NCBI GenBank assembly: GCA_951406725.2
Contig: OX597832.1
Span: 38,006,001-38,070,000, forward strand
Reading direction: 5' to 3'
Source of the DNA: Octopus vulgaris
Taxonomy: Eukaryota
Length of the DNA: 64,000 bases
The notes under the pieces are model-generated. The model made no database searches, was not told where the DNA came from, and was given only the letters and a program-made list of their open reading frames with translations. Positions 1 to 11,610 of the stretch are shown here, one piece after another (the stretch's first letter is position 1; the number at the start of each line of letters is the position of its first letter). The translations under genes and the position numbers were made by a program.

Positions 1-355
1 TATTCGTAAATATATCCTAAAATTAAGTAAAGTAAATTTAGACCGCGCCGTTGTTGCGAATTTCACTTCCATATTTCAGCGATACACTCACGTGTGTTTA
101 TATCTGTGGGTTTATTTATGCTTCCGTTTTTTTTTTCTCCCTGATTGCAATTATGGGAGAGCTGTAATGCTGGAGCACCACTGTCAGAGATTAAACAATT
201 CTATTGACCGCAGTAGTTATTTCAGTCTGAAAAGTATATAATTAAGGATGGGTTAGTCGAAACGCTAAGTTAAGGGGGATATGAAAAAAACAAAAACGCT
301 AACGTAAACGTCACCGGTTTTCAGATTATAAGAATAAACGGGAGCATATACATGG

Positions 356-403
<48 letters not shown>

Positions 404-422
404 AACGTGTGTATATAGTGTT

Positions 423-479
<57 letters not shown>

Positions 480-482
<3 letters not shown>

Positions 483-663
483 TTATCGCTAGCCACTAAA
501 CCCTTTTTATTTTCTCTATTTATTTCTGTGTCCCTTTCTGTGGAAGAGCGTAGGTTCGAAACGTTAAAGACTTTTTCACTTCCCGAGCGTTATACTAATA
601 CATTTGTATGTTGTCTACACCACCTGTCTTCATCTTTTGTTTTTTTTTTTTTGTGAATTCTCT

Positions 664-666
<3 letters not shown>
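480..666 (+). mobile_element. Penelope-like pseudo-LTR fragment between (TA)n tracts
   Basis: Homologous to 1660-1845 and to the reverse complement of 40920-41098. Contains an HHR-like motif at 534-569. Confidence 0.7.
534..569 (+). ncRNA. Minimal type-I hammerhead-like motif, variant core CUGUGGA
   Basis: cttt-CTGTGGA-a-gagc(gtag)gttc-GAAA-cg-TT-aaag: stem I cttt/aaag, stem II gagc/gttc, palindromic stem III aacgtt. Confidence 0.55.
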
Positions 667-700
<34 letters not shown>

Positions 701-703
<3 letters not shown>

Positions 704-808
704 GTGTTCGGTTTGTCCTTACACAGAGGCCATCCGGATTCCCGTTTGCGCCGTGAACAGGAATTAATCTTCTCTCTTCGCTCTTATACGCCATTTGGTC
801 TCAACTCC
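701..808 (+). pseudogene. C-terminus of a Penelope-like GIY-YIG endonuclease
   Basis: Translates SVFGLSLHRGHPDSRLRREQELIFSLRSYTPFGLNS, matching the R..RE...I..L....P.GLN ending of PLE GIY-YIG domains. The 5' end is truncated at a (TA)n tract. Confidence 0.75.
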
Positions 809-1169
809 CCCCCCCTCCTCATCTAACCCCCCTCTCCCTCCCTCCTCACCTACCTTCCCCCGACCCCTACTTCTTCAGTCCTTCATCCTTTCACCCCTAC
901 TCCCCTTCCCTTCTTCCCTCTTTCTCCCTCCCTCTTTCCCTCTTCCCCTTCCCTCTGTTCCCTCACTCCCCTTCTCTTTCCCCCTCTCTCTCCCCCTCTC
1001 CCTCTTTCCTCCTTCCTCCTCCCCTCCTCCTCCCCTTCCTTCTCCCCTCCCCTCTCCCCCTCTCTCCCCCTCTCTCCCCTCCTCTCCTCCCCTCATCTCC
1101 CCCTCCCCTCTTCTCCTCTCTCCACACTACACCACACGACTTTACACATCACATCATATATGATGTGCC

Positions 1170-1533
1170 ATACTAATACATACACCAACTAATACATACT
1201 AATACATACTAATACATACTAATACATACACCAACCCTATACATACACACGTCCAGACCTCTCATACGCACTAATACTCTCTCATACACACACACACCCT
1301 TATACAAACTAATACGTACTAATACATACTAATACATACTAATACATACACCAACCCTATACATACACACGTCCAGACCTCTCATACGCACTAATACTCT
1401 CTCATACACACACACACAAACCCTTATACATACTAATACATACTAATACATACACCAACCCTATACATACACACGTCCAGACCTTCATACGCCCTAATAC
1501 TCTCTCATACACACACCCACCCACACACCCTTA
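1170..1533. repeat. About 3 copies of a ~120-bp tandem unit with internal (catactaata)n
   Basis: caccaaccctatacatacacacgtccagacct recurs at about 1229, 1349 and 1453. Confidence 0.9.
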
Positions 1534-1707
1534 TGTTGGAGCTGGTCACTCAACCCTATTATCAACCCTATTATCTCCCCTAATTTAGCTCTCGAGTCTC
1601 ATGTTTGATCTTTGACTTCTGGCCGAAATCAGATCGCCATGTTGGTTCGTTAGTTACTGCACGCATTTTTTTCTCTCCTTCTTTCTGTGTTTTTTTCTCT
1701 CTGTGTA

Positions 1708-1745
1708 TCTTTCTGTTGAAGAGCGTTGGCTCGAAACGTTAAAGA
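1708..1745 (+). ncRNA. Minimal type-I hammerhead-like motif, variant core CUGUUGA
   Basis: tcttt-CTGTTGA-a-gagc(gttg)gctc-GAAA-cg-TT-aaaga: 5-bp stem I, perfect 4-bp stem II, palindromic stem III. Confidence 0.6.
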
Positions 1746-1842
1746 CTTGTTTTATTTATATTTCCTGAGCACCATACTAATACAATTGTTTGTTTGTTTT
1801 CCACCTGCCTTCGTCTTTTGTCTATTTTCATAAAGCTTCCCG

Positions 1843-1896
<54 letters not shown>

Positions 1897-1914
1897 ACAT
1901 ATATATATATATAC

Positions 1915-2110
1915 TCAATCCAAAGAAGACCAAGCAAGAAAAAACAACAATGCGAGGACGTGGTACAAGTACAGTGTTACTGGACGCTTAGGAAAGGAAA
2001 GAAAAGAAAGAGGATTTCACTTTTCGAGCGGAGCTCTTTGTCAGGAATATAGAAAAAGTCCAAAAAAGGGAAGACGGAGAAAGAAAATCGTCAACGATAC
2101 ACACGCGGTC
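1915..2110 (-). mobile_element. PLE pseudo-LTR-like fragment with decayed hammerhead
   Basis: Minus strand 2044-2018 reads CTGACAA-a-gagc(tcc)gctc-GAAA-agtg; core G8 and stem III are mutated. Confidence 0.5.
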
Positions 2111-2370
2111 ACATATACATACATACATACATACATACATACATACATACATACATACACACACACATATATATATATATATATACACACGCACACACAT
2201 ACATACGTACACACACACACACTCACACATATACATACATCTAATCTAATGAGTTACAACTGTGATGATGTTGGTAAAACATGTTCTTTGTCTATATCCT
2301 TATCCCCTTGGAGATTTTAGGTAAAATCATATTAATGTGTCCTTCTAATTTAATTAAATTCTATGTCTTT

Positions 2371-2464
2371 GTGCAGCTGAAGATTGCTCTACATTTTAAA
2401 CTGATGTAATGAAATGATTGCATTGTTCAATTAAATGGAGTCGCATGAAACGATCGTACTGCAT
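2371..2464 (+). ncRNA. Type-I hammerhead ribozyme with long stem II
   Basis: gtgcag-CTGAAGA(2377-2383)-63-nt stem II region-GAAA(2447-2450)-cgatcg-TA-ctgcat. Stem I gtgcag/ctgcat, palindromic stem III acgatcgt, GUA cleavage triplet. Confidence 0.75.
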
Positions 2465-2492
2465 TACCTCTGGATATCCATGTTGCTTATTT

Positions 2493-2560
<68 letters not shown>

Positions 2561-3182
2561 TAAGCTTCTCTGTTTTCCAAATAACAAGATTTCAGTCTTA
2601 TTTGATCTTCCTCGGAGGATATTTATCATCCATCCAACAATATGCTGATAAAACAATAGCAGACTGATATTTAATTTTTACCTGCACAACTGCTATCATA
2701 TTCATAGGCGATAAGTTAGTAAGATTATTTCTGTTTGTTGTTAATCTATTTAGCAACAATTAAGTAGCAATCATGTGCTGTGAGTAAATATCAAGGGATA
2801 GCAGTAGGCATTAATAAAATAAGCTGTCAGCAGAGGCCTTATCACTCTGAGATAATGGTAAAATATTTTGACAAATTAAAAAAGACAAAAACACACATCG
2901 TATGCATACACACTCATACACAAACACTCACATATAGACATAGGTATGCGTGGGTGTGTGGGTGTGAGTGTATGTATGTATTTTTTTATTGTTACTTCGG
3001 CATAGCGATGCTAATAACCAGTTGTTGGAACACGATATACTTATGCTTCGGAATAAAGTGCCGCGCGAGTACAGATTGTAATATTAATTAATGAATAAAG
3101 GGGAACAGGAAATTGTGTGAGGAACTTCATTAGCTTACAGCTGTAACCTAATGAAGCTGATTACTTCATTCCTGTTCCCTTG

Positions 3183-3233
<51 letters not shown>

Positions 3234-3258
3234 CATATATTCATATATATACATATGT

Positions 3259-3312
<54 letters not shown>

Positions 3313-3364
3313 CTAATTTACAAGATAAGGGCATGAGTAAGTATTTTATTTATATCTCGCGTAT

Positions 3365-3425
3365 TTGCCGCTGAAGAGGGGAAAATTTCTTATGAATTAA
3401 CCCCGAAATTGGACCAATACGGTAA
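3365..3425 (+). ncRNA. Type-I hammerhead ribozyme, canonical core
   Basis: ttgccg-CTGAAGA(3371-3377)-gggg..cccc-GAAA(3405-3408)-ttgg-a-ccaa-TA-cggtaa. All three stems pair; predicted cut after A3419. Confidence 0.85.
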
Positions 3426-3648
3426 TAACGAATTTTTTAGAGATTTCTATCGGTTTATTTCGAGACACATAAATTTTAATGGTTATCGACAAAAAAATTT
3501 TTGTTTCGGCATATTTGGCATTAGAACTTTTTCTTCTGCCCTTACCTTGTAAATTATGTATAAATTTTACCTTTAAATGCATTTTTTGATATGCTGGCCA
3601 TTGATAAAAATTTCTTCCCGAAAAAATTTTTCCCCTATATTAATTATA

Positions 3649-3696
<48 letters not shown>

Positions 3697-3958
3697 TATA
3701 TATATACATACATACATACATACATACATACATACATACATACATACATCTGTTTGTTGTTTACACACCCGTCTTCGTCTTTTGTTTATTTCATAAACTC
3801 TTCCTATATATATATATACACACACATATATACAAATATATATAAATATATATTGATAGAAATGGTAAGACAACAAAAGAAGGAAAGAGACCTCGATATT
3901 ATGCAAATAGATGAATTTATCTGTAAATATAATATCTGACAATTATTCGGTAGCCATG

Positions 3959-4016
3959 GTAAAACTCCGAGTTTCGGTTGTCGGGGCGGAAACCCACGCC
4001 GGCACCTCTTCAGTTA
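3959..4016 (-). ncRNA. Type-I hammerhead ribozyme
   Basis: Minus strand taa-CTGAAGA(4013-4007)-ggt..GC-rich stem II..acc-GAAA(3975-3972)-ctc-g-gag-TT-tta. Stem I is only 3 bp. Confidence 0.65.
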
Positions 4017-4547
4017 TTGCTTTGCAACTGCAACGCTCTCCAGTTAGGATTTGACAACAGTCTGACGCAGATTCACATAACCGCCTGAACTGAGTTCAAA
4101 GCTGTGGGTAGCAGCTCTTCGGAGACACTCCCGAAGATAACCACAGTTTGGAGGAACTTGGTTTCCATGATGTCTGTCAAGTTTTACAGCCTTTACACTG
4201 TTCACAGACCAGCAGTCGCGATGTCGGCCTTTTCCCACCCGGCGTGACTGCTCATGATATAGGTAATTCTTTTCCAATATTCAAATGGCTTCCAGTCCTT
4301 AATGTCCACCCCATCTTTCTTAACTACAGATTTAACCTTTACGCTCTCCAACGGTGTTGACTGTTTCTGTTTTTATGTTTCCGTTTCTCATTGTGTTCAA
4401 CGTTTTTTTGATGTCATGTACCCATATATGCATGTATACATACATATATATGCAGGCATGTACATATTTGTATGTATATACGCATATATTTATATATTAT
4501 TTATATCATTATATGATCGAACGCCATGCATCCTTTTCGAAGTAAGT

Positions 4548-4611
<64 letters not shown>

Positions 4612-4612
4612 A

Positions 4613-4689
<77 letters not shown>

Positions 4690-5249
4690 AACATACATAT
4701 ATGTATATCTATCTATCTATCTATCTATCCATCTGTCTAAATACATCTATAGAGATGCAGAAAATATTCAATGGTGTGTACCGATGTACGCATGTAAGCA
4801 AACGTAAATACTATTACACATACAACTTTGTAATTGATATATTTGTATACTTGTGCGGTTGTACCCATGCACACACAATCCTCATGTTTTTATTGAGATT
4901 AAAGGTAAGTCCGAATGATTTTTGTCTTTATGACACTATATATAATAATGTCTAGTGGAATGTGATGCTGTGACAGTTATGGCTATCCAAAAGATATTGC
5001 TAGCAACATGAGGTAATATAGCTACGGCGAGAATCGATAGTCAACAAGCTAATGATTAAAGAAAATAAAACTTTTATGTGAAGAGAGAACACATTTTGTT
5101 ATGTGAATAAGTACATTCGTCAGCTAATCGATAGATTGACGGTTCGCTTCAAATCGCCAGTGTAGTGTTTTATTCCCGATCAAGAAACTTAACTGTCAAC
5201 AACCTGGTCTACCACAAATACCACAGATTGCTATAGACCGGCTCATCCA

Positions 5250-5760
5250 GCTGCCGGTAGGTGACACAACGTGTTACAGTCGGGTTCATCAAGTTGTTCG
5301 TAGATACATCATGATGCTATAGCGTGGAATGCGCGCCGTTTCGGGGCCTACCTCTCGATGGCATCAATGATATGAGGCCCCACTTGCTAGATCAACTGCT
5401 TATTAAACACAGCTCAATATTCTTCTAGCCATCGCTCATCGTCTCTTTTTAACCAAATCCAGTGGCTAGCCTTCTCCACTGTAGTTTGGACATCGGTCAT
5501 GGTGGTATTTACTTTACGATGAGTTAGGCCTAACGATAACAACAGTCGTGTCACAACAAACCCTCTACACCCGACTTCGAGGAGGTTTACATAACGGTCA
5601 ATCTTTTGAGCCCCAGCGGCATCCATGTTATCTTCATGAGGAACCGTTAACTCGACTAGATTCAAAACTTTCTTTCCAAAATGTCCGCCTTTTTCGTAAT
5701 TTGGATGGGAAAGAGTCCCTGGCATCCTGGTAAATCTGCAGTCACCTCCCAATACGTCCA
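5250..5760 (-). mobile_element. 3' end of an RLE-type (HERO-like, R2 group) non-LTR retrotransposon
   Basis: ORF 5414-5752 has KKVLNLVELTVPHEDNM, EVGCRGF and VEKASHWIWLKR, typical of the restriction-like endonuclease C-terminus of HERO-like elements. It is followed by a GC-rich 3' UTR. Confidence 0.8.
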
Positions 5761-7769
5761 GACGTCAATGAGCTGCTAAATGCCCAGTCCATTTGTGTAG
5801 CACAGAGAAATATAGAGCGGTAGACCTAACACACCACCCGGTGTGACACCACTACTTGATTTCTTGCATGTTTTTATCAGAGTTCACTGTGTTGTACACA
5901 TCTGAACCAAATATTCGCTTCCCTCTATGCCTCTGCTTTCACCACATCATTCTCGACCGCAAAAGCCATGGTCACTACCCAGCCTTCTCTGCAAGAAATA
6001 ATTAACCACAGAATACTCATGGCTCAAACGCTCAACGATGTCAGTCTAACTATTTGTAAGTAGTTACTACAATGAAGTATATTCCGCAGCCATGTTTCAA
6101 TGAGACAAGAGGCTTCATTGTCGTCTGTGCAGTACTGTCATTTCCCTACAGGTATCACTGTTTAAGACCGTTTCAGTTAACCTCCTTAAAATGCTAGAAT
6201 CTTTTTGAAATAACAAGTGATTTCTTGTCAGTTGGAATCTGATTGATTTCTCCTCTGCTCAATGCTCCTGAAATAGTGAGATAAATCTTGTCTGAATCTC
6301 TGAGGTTTGAATAAGAATTCATTTACACAACAAAACAGATGAAACAACTTTTTTCTATCATTGGAAAATGTTCTCATCATTGACCTGTTGGCCCAACACT
6401 GAGCTAAGGATAACCAACAAGAATCATTCTGATAATGAATTGTACAATCAACTGGGAGTGTGGAAGACTTCTGTAATATTAATCTTCAACTTTTATGTAG
6501 GAAAGTGAAACTGTTAATGACGGAACTCGTCTACCACTACCATCACTGCCGCCGTCACCGCCACCGACACCACCACTGCCGCTGCCACCGACGCCACCGC
6601 CGCCGCCGTAACCAGTGCCACTGTCAACAGTACCCAAGTTCTAGATTCCCCAAGTTAAAGGTACCCAAGTTCTAGATTTCGGCATTAAACCGAGTACCAT
6701 ATAACATTTACTATTGAACTGTATATAATCACGCCGTCTGTTATAACTGGAGAGACGGGATCGCTTTCCAAGGCCACGATGGAATAGTGACGATAACGGT
6801 AGAAATAATTGCCAATCTTTTGACCTATCGCCCCCCGTCAATCTTGAATCGCACGCACACACACACACACGCACACACACATCCAACACGCACTCACAAA
6901 GTAACAATACACGTTATTTATACAGATACATTTGTTGTTTATCTGGATGTATAACAGATGGTTATGAAGATGTCGGCGCAGTATAGAAAAAAACCCCCAG
7001 AAAATACAAAGCGTAAGTGGAAATCTAGCAACAACTTTAAAAATAACCAAATAATCCAACACCAACAATAAAAAACCGGCCACTCCCTTCATCAGTCAAA
7101 TTGTCACGCTGTCTTTAAATTGGTTGTGTGTAATATTAGAATGTTAAAAATATATATCTGAGAATCTCTAATTTGGAAAAGAACAGTAAAAAAAAAATAG
7201 CTGTGACTATAACCTGGAAAATTTCTCAATGTCAGAAAGCCAAAAGTATATTCGAGATTTACTGGAGTTAGTGATGACAATCTTAGAAATGTGTTGAAGT
7301 ATCCAAAATGGTCGCTGCTAAAAAAAATCTTGCTGTATTTTCAACATTTTCGTCAAGAATCAAAAGTGTTTTTACCCCCATGTACTTTTATTCATTACAC
7401 GTGATTGGCGTGGTGATTGCGACTTAAGGGGAAGGAATTGCTTCAGCTGTATGTTGAGGAATTTATATTAAAGAGTGAAGAGCATACATATATTTCTATA
7501 CATTTCTTTTATTTTTATTCTTCATTTCCATTAGATAAAGTTCTTAAAGTTACTGGTAGTCGCTAATAACACAATTTCGTCCTCCTTTTGAACTCGTTGA
7601 CGAGACATAACTCGGGATTTGAAATTAATTGAGTTAAATCCAATAAAGTAAAATGATTTACTGCTTTCTTTATTTTTTTCTTCTAACAGCAGACAAAAGA
7701 GAGAAAAGCATCTAACATACTGGAAAAACATTCATTATTTATTTCTGTTATATCGTGACTGTGAGCAAG

Positions 7770-8020
7770 AGTAGCAACCAAGTTGTTTAGTTAAGCAGTT
7801 CGCGTTGCAATCGTGTGGTTTCGGGTTCAGTAACACTGCGCAATACCTTGGCCTGTTGTCTTCCACTACAGTCCTGAACCGAACAATGCTTTGTGAGCGA
7901 ACTTTATAGATGGAAACTGTATGGAAGCTCGTCATGTATATGCATGTATATGTGTGTGTGTCTTCGTATTTGTGTTTTTCTCCCACCGATTGACAACCGG
8001 TGCTGGTTTGTTTATATCCC
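7770..8020 (+). mobile_element. Degenerate tRNA-derived SINE
   Basis: B-box-like gggttcagt; body similar to the copies at 15478, 31867 and 42974. Confidence 0.6.
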
Positions 8021-8067
8021 CGGATGTATAACAGATGGTTATGATGATGTCGGTGCAGTAGAGCAAG

Positions 8068-8179
8068 ATGAAAAGTAAAGTCGACCTCGGTGGAATTTGA
8101 ACTCAGAACGTAAAGACAGACGAAATGCTGCTAAGCATCTTGCCCAGTGTGCCAACGATTCTGCCAGATCGCCGCCTTA
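8068..8179 (-). mobile_element. tRNA-derived SINE 5' part (family beginning aaggcggcgagctggcagaa)
   Basis: Reverse complement matches 58242-58350, with B box gagttcaaattcc. Confidence 0.8.
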
Positions 8180-9091
8180 TTGGTGGTATTGATACTGTCG
8201 ATGGTATAGGTGATGGTGGTGACGCTTTTACTATTGATAGCAGTACTGTTGATAGTGGGGCCATTAGGAGTGGTAGTCGTGGTGGTGTCGGTGTTGGAGT
8301 TGTTGTTGTTGTTGGTGGTGGTGGTGGTATTGGTGGCAGTGGTGGTGGTGGTGGTGGTGGTAGTGGTGGTGGTGGTTGTAATGGTATTGTTCAGTCTCGT
8401 AGACCAGAAGTAATGTTGACTTAACTATATTTGGCTTACCCGCTGACAGTATGTAGATCTATAAGAATAAGGCAATGTAAGAATTCGAAATTCCTCGCAG
8501 GAAATGTTGGAATCGCCGAAATTGATCGAAGATAAAACGGGAGGAATCAAGAAATAAGTTTTATGACAATTCTACGCCAAATCCACAGCATACCATTGTC
8601 ACTCTTCCCAGTTCCTCTCGCTTCGAACCGTGTGGCATCGTAAAAATAATACGACCGTTATTCATGTGTTTGTATATATGTATACATACATATACAGATG
8701 AAAATGTGAGTGCCCGAGCGCATATGTGCCCGTATGTATATATGTAATATAATACATACATACACATATATATATATATGTATATGTATATATATTATAT
8801 TATATTATTTATTATATACATAGATACACATACACAGATATATCACAAACTCATAAAGTGGTATAAAAATTGTACGTCAAATACATAGGTGCGTGTGCTT
8901 AGCTAAATTCACGACATTAAGGTATATCAACTCTAATTCCCGTCCTTAATTTTATGGAGATTTTCTTATTGACTCGCAACAGAAAGGAAAAGGAAGACGT
9001 GCGTAAAGTTTGGAGTGTCGGGTGAGAGTGTGTGGTGGAGGGCCGTTACGTATTAGTGTGGTATTTGTTAGTCTATAATACAGAAGCTGCC

Positions 9092-9408
9092 GTGAAGGCG
9101 AGTGGCTTAGTGGTTAGCGTACTCGGTTCACGATCGTAAGGTCGGGAGTTCAATTCCCGGCGACACGTTGTGTCCTTGAGCAAGACACTTTATTTCACGT
9201 TGCTCCAGTCCACTCAGCTGGCAAAAATGAGTAGTACCTGTGTTTCAAAGGGTCAGCCTTGTCACACTCTGTGTCACGCTGAATCTCCCCGAGAACAGCA
9301 TTAAGGGTACATGTGTCTGTGGGGTGCTCAGCCACTTGCACGTTAGTTTCACGAGCAAGTTTTTTCCGCTGATCGTATCAGTTGGGACCCTCACCGTCGT
9401 AACCGACA
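9092..9408 (+). mobile_element. tRNA-derived SINE with CORE-like central domain
   Basis: A box tggcttagtgg, B box gagttcaattcc, then gtgtccttgagcaagacacttta (CORE-like). The 3' half is shared with 37366-37545. Confidence 0.8.
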
Positions 9409-9670
9409 GAGATACAAAATTGTGTATCTTTTCATTTGTATTGCTCACTTTACGTTCTGGTGTTTGCCGAAATTTCTTAAGAAGAATTTTTCTTAGTGGT
9501 CAGACCATATGAGGTCTTTCTCTAGCATATTAGGAATCCACCTAGTGATCAATCCCACTTATTTGTATGTAATATAATTTTTCTGAATCTTCGGATATTT
9601 TAAATATGCTAGGCCACTGGTTTAAATTGATATTAATTTAATTAATATTAATTTCTGCCCTTATTATTTA

Positions 9671-9705
<35 letters not shown>

Positions 9706-10115
9706 GCCTCCCCAATATTCTGAATAAGCAAAGCTGCTATATATCTCCCGTCACCTTCTATGTACGTTTTCTTGTTACTCCACAGTAAATATGACTTGGA
9801 AAGCTGGAGGACAAATAGAGAGCCAAACTTGTCTGACAGCCTTATGATGTGGGCAAGTCAAGGGAAACTCTCTAATGTTTAACGGATACATTAGGAGAGC
9901 ACTCGACTCTGCGGATGGATGTAGCAGCGAAATCTCCCTCTAATTTCATTCTACCGTCATAAATAAAAGAGAATGGCGTGGCGAATGTAGTACCAGATGT
10001 ATATCAGGCGTGGTGGTTAAGATTGGAATGCATATGGTAATAGGTCTAGTTATTTAAGGCTAACCTCAGGCTAATAATAACTGTTCCTAATTTTGATACA
10101 ATTTAAGGTTAAATT

Positions 10116-10164
<49 letters not shown>

Positions 10165-10699
10165 CACAAGAACACCATGAGCTACACAGAGTGAATGAAA
10201 TTCTCCGGTTTCGTAGAAATATTTTCGAAAACTGGTTTGTTACATGTAGATTCGCGGCGAATGCACAAACAGTGTATCGCAGCATGGAATATCGTCAAAG
10301 TTTGTGAAGGAAATCCTATCAAATAGTGTGAATGTTATAATTTCCCCTCTGTTGAGTAATTCTTTGAGAGAATTATGGAATGTAAACAAAGAGAACAACC
10401 GCCATGCCGTTTGGTAAACGAAGTACGGGAATCAGGCATTTTAGCAAAACTTCTCTCGTAGGACGTTATAACATCATCACTGACATTCGACGGCAAGTAA
10501 TTGAAAAACGGTAAAGAGAGAAGTCACCTGGGAGAAATCTGATAGGGGGATACTGGCAGAGAAAATTATATTGTACGAGAGAGAAACAAAACAGAAGAAG
10601 GGAAGGACCTCGTTGGCCTGTTCTGAAGAACAATGTATGGTAACCTTGACACACTGGCAAACAGTTTCACTCATTACACTTCTTGCGAAAGGATGTAAC

Positions 10700-10830
10700 A
10701 ATCCATCTGCCAGTGCACTTTATTACAGGCTGCAAATGTTTCTCCCAAAATATATGCCAAAAATAAACAGAGCAATAACTGGCGTGTAAGCAGCAGACGG
10801 AGTGTAGCGAGTGTGAGAAGGTGCCAGAGA
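10700..10830 (+). pseudogene. Possible piggyBac-like cysteine-rich C-terminal relic
   Basis: One frame reads HLPVHFITGCKCFSQNICQK*TEQ*LACKQQTECSECEK; resemblance judged by eye only. Confidence 0.25.
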
Positions 10831-11184
10831 TATTTCCGTTAGCAAAAAACGAGCCATCAGCAATGTTTTTATATGTGGTCATTTGATTTGATAGAAATAG
10901 CAGCAAAATATCGCCCTAACCACACCTTACGACGTTCAAAAATGTTACGACTCATTATAGATAATGAAGTCATTAATGTTGACAAAAAAAAAAGAAAAAG
11001 AAAAAGAAAAAAGAAAAAAGGAATCGTAACGGACGGAATGCCTTCTGGATCATAGTTACGTCGGGTCAGGGGTGAACACAGGCTAATCACCACCACTACC
11101 ACTACCACCACCACCACCACCACCACCATTGCCGCCACCGCCACCACCGCCGCCGCCGCCGCACCTGCCACAAACAGCAATATC

Positions 11185-11610
11185 GTAAAAATTGCTTCTG
11201 AATTTGCAATATTCTTTTCTACTCTAGGCACAAGGCCCGAAATTTTTTGGGATGGGAGCCAGTCGATTAGTTCGACCCCAGTACACAACTGGCACTTAAT
11301 TTATCGACCCCGAAAGGATGAAAGGCAAAGTCGACCTCGGCGGAATTTGAACTCAGGACGTAGCAGCAGACAAAATACCTATTTCTTTACTGCCCACAAG
11401 GGGCTAAACACAGAGGAGACAAACAAGGACAGAAAAACGGATTAAGTCGATTATATCGACCCCAGTGCGTAACTGGTACTTATTTAATCGACCCCGAAAG
11501 GATGAAAGGCAAAGCCGACCTCGGCGGAATTTGAACTCAGAACGTAAACACAGACGAAATGCCGCTAAGCATTTTGCCCGATGTGCTATCGTTTCTGCCA
11601 GCTCACCGTC
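11185..11610 (-). mobile_element. tRNA-derived SINE with internal duplication
   Basis: The block atcgaccccgaaaggatgaaaggcaaag(t/c)cgacctcggcggaatttgaactcag occurs twice (about 11303 and 11487). Same family as 58242. Confidence 0.85.

Larger units (their letters stand above)
701..1845 (+). mobile_element. 5'-truncated Penelope-like retroelement 3' end (GIY-YIG tail, C-rich tract, tandem repeats, pseudo-LTR with HHR)
   Basis: GIY-YIG terminus, then polypyrimidine 805-1120, ~120-bp tandem units, and a pseudo-LTR at 1660-1845. Bounded by (TA)n on both sides. Confidence 0.7.

Noticed and set aside
795-1163. Pro/Ser/Leu-rich 122-aa ORF and its antisense Gly/Arg/Glu ORF
   Set aside because: Low-complexity C/T tract inside the PLE 3' region.
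1170-1533. Repeat array as a possible CRISPR
   Set aside because: Whole units repeat with no unique spacers, there are no cas genes, and the context is eukaryotic.
6630-6678. 18-bp direct repeat gtacccaagttctagatt (6630-6647, 6661-6678)
   Set aside because: Simple local duplication with no further structure.
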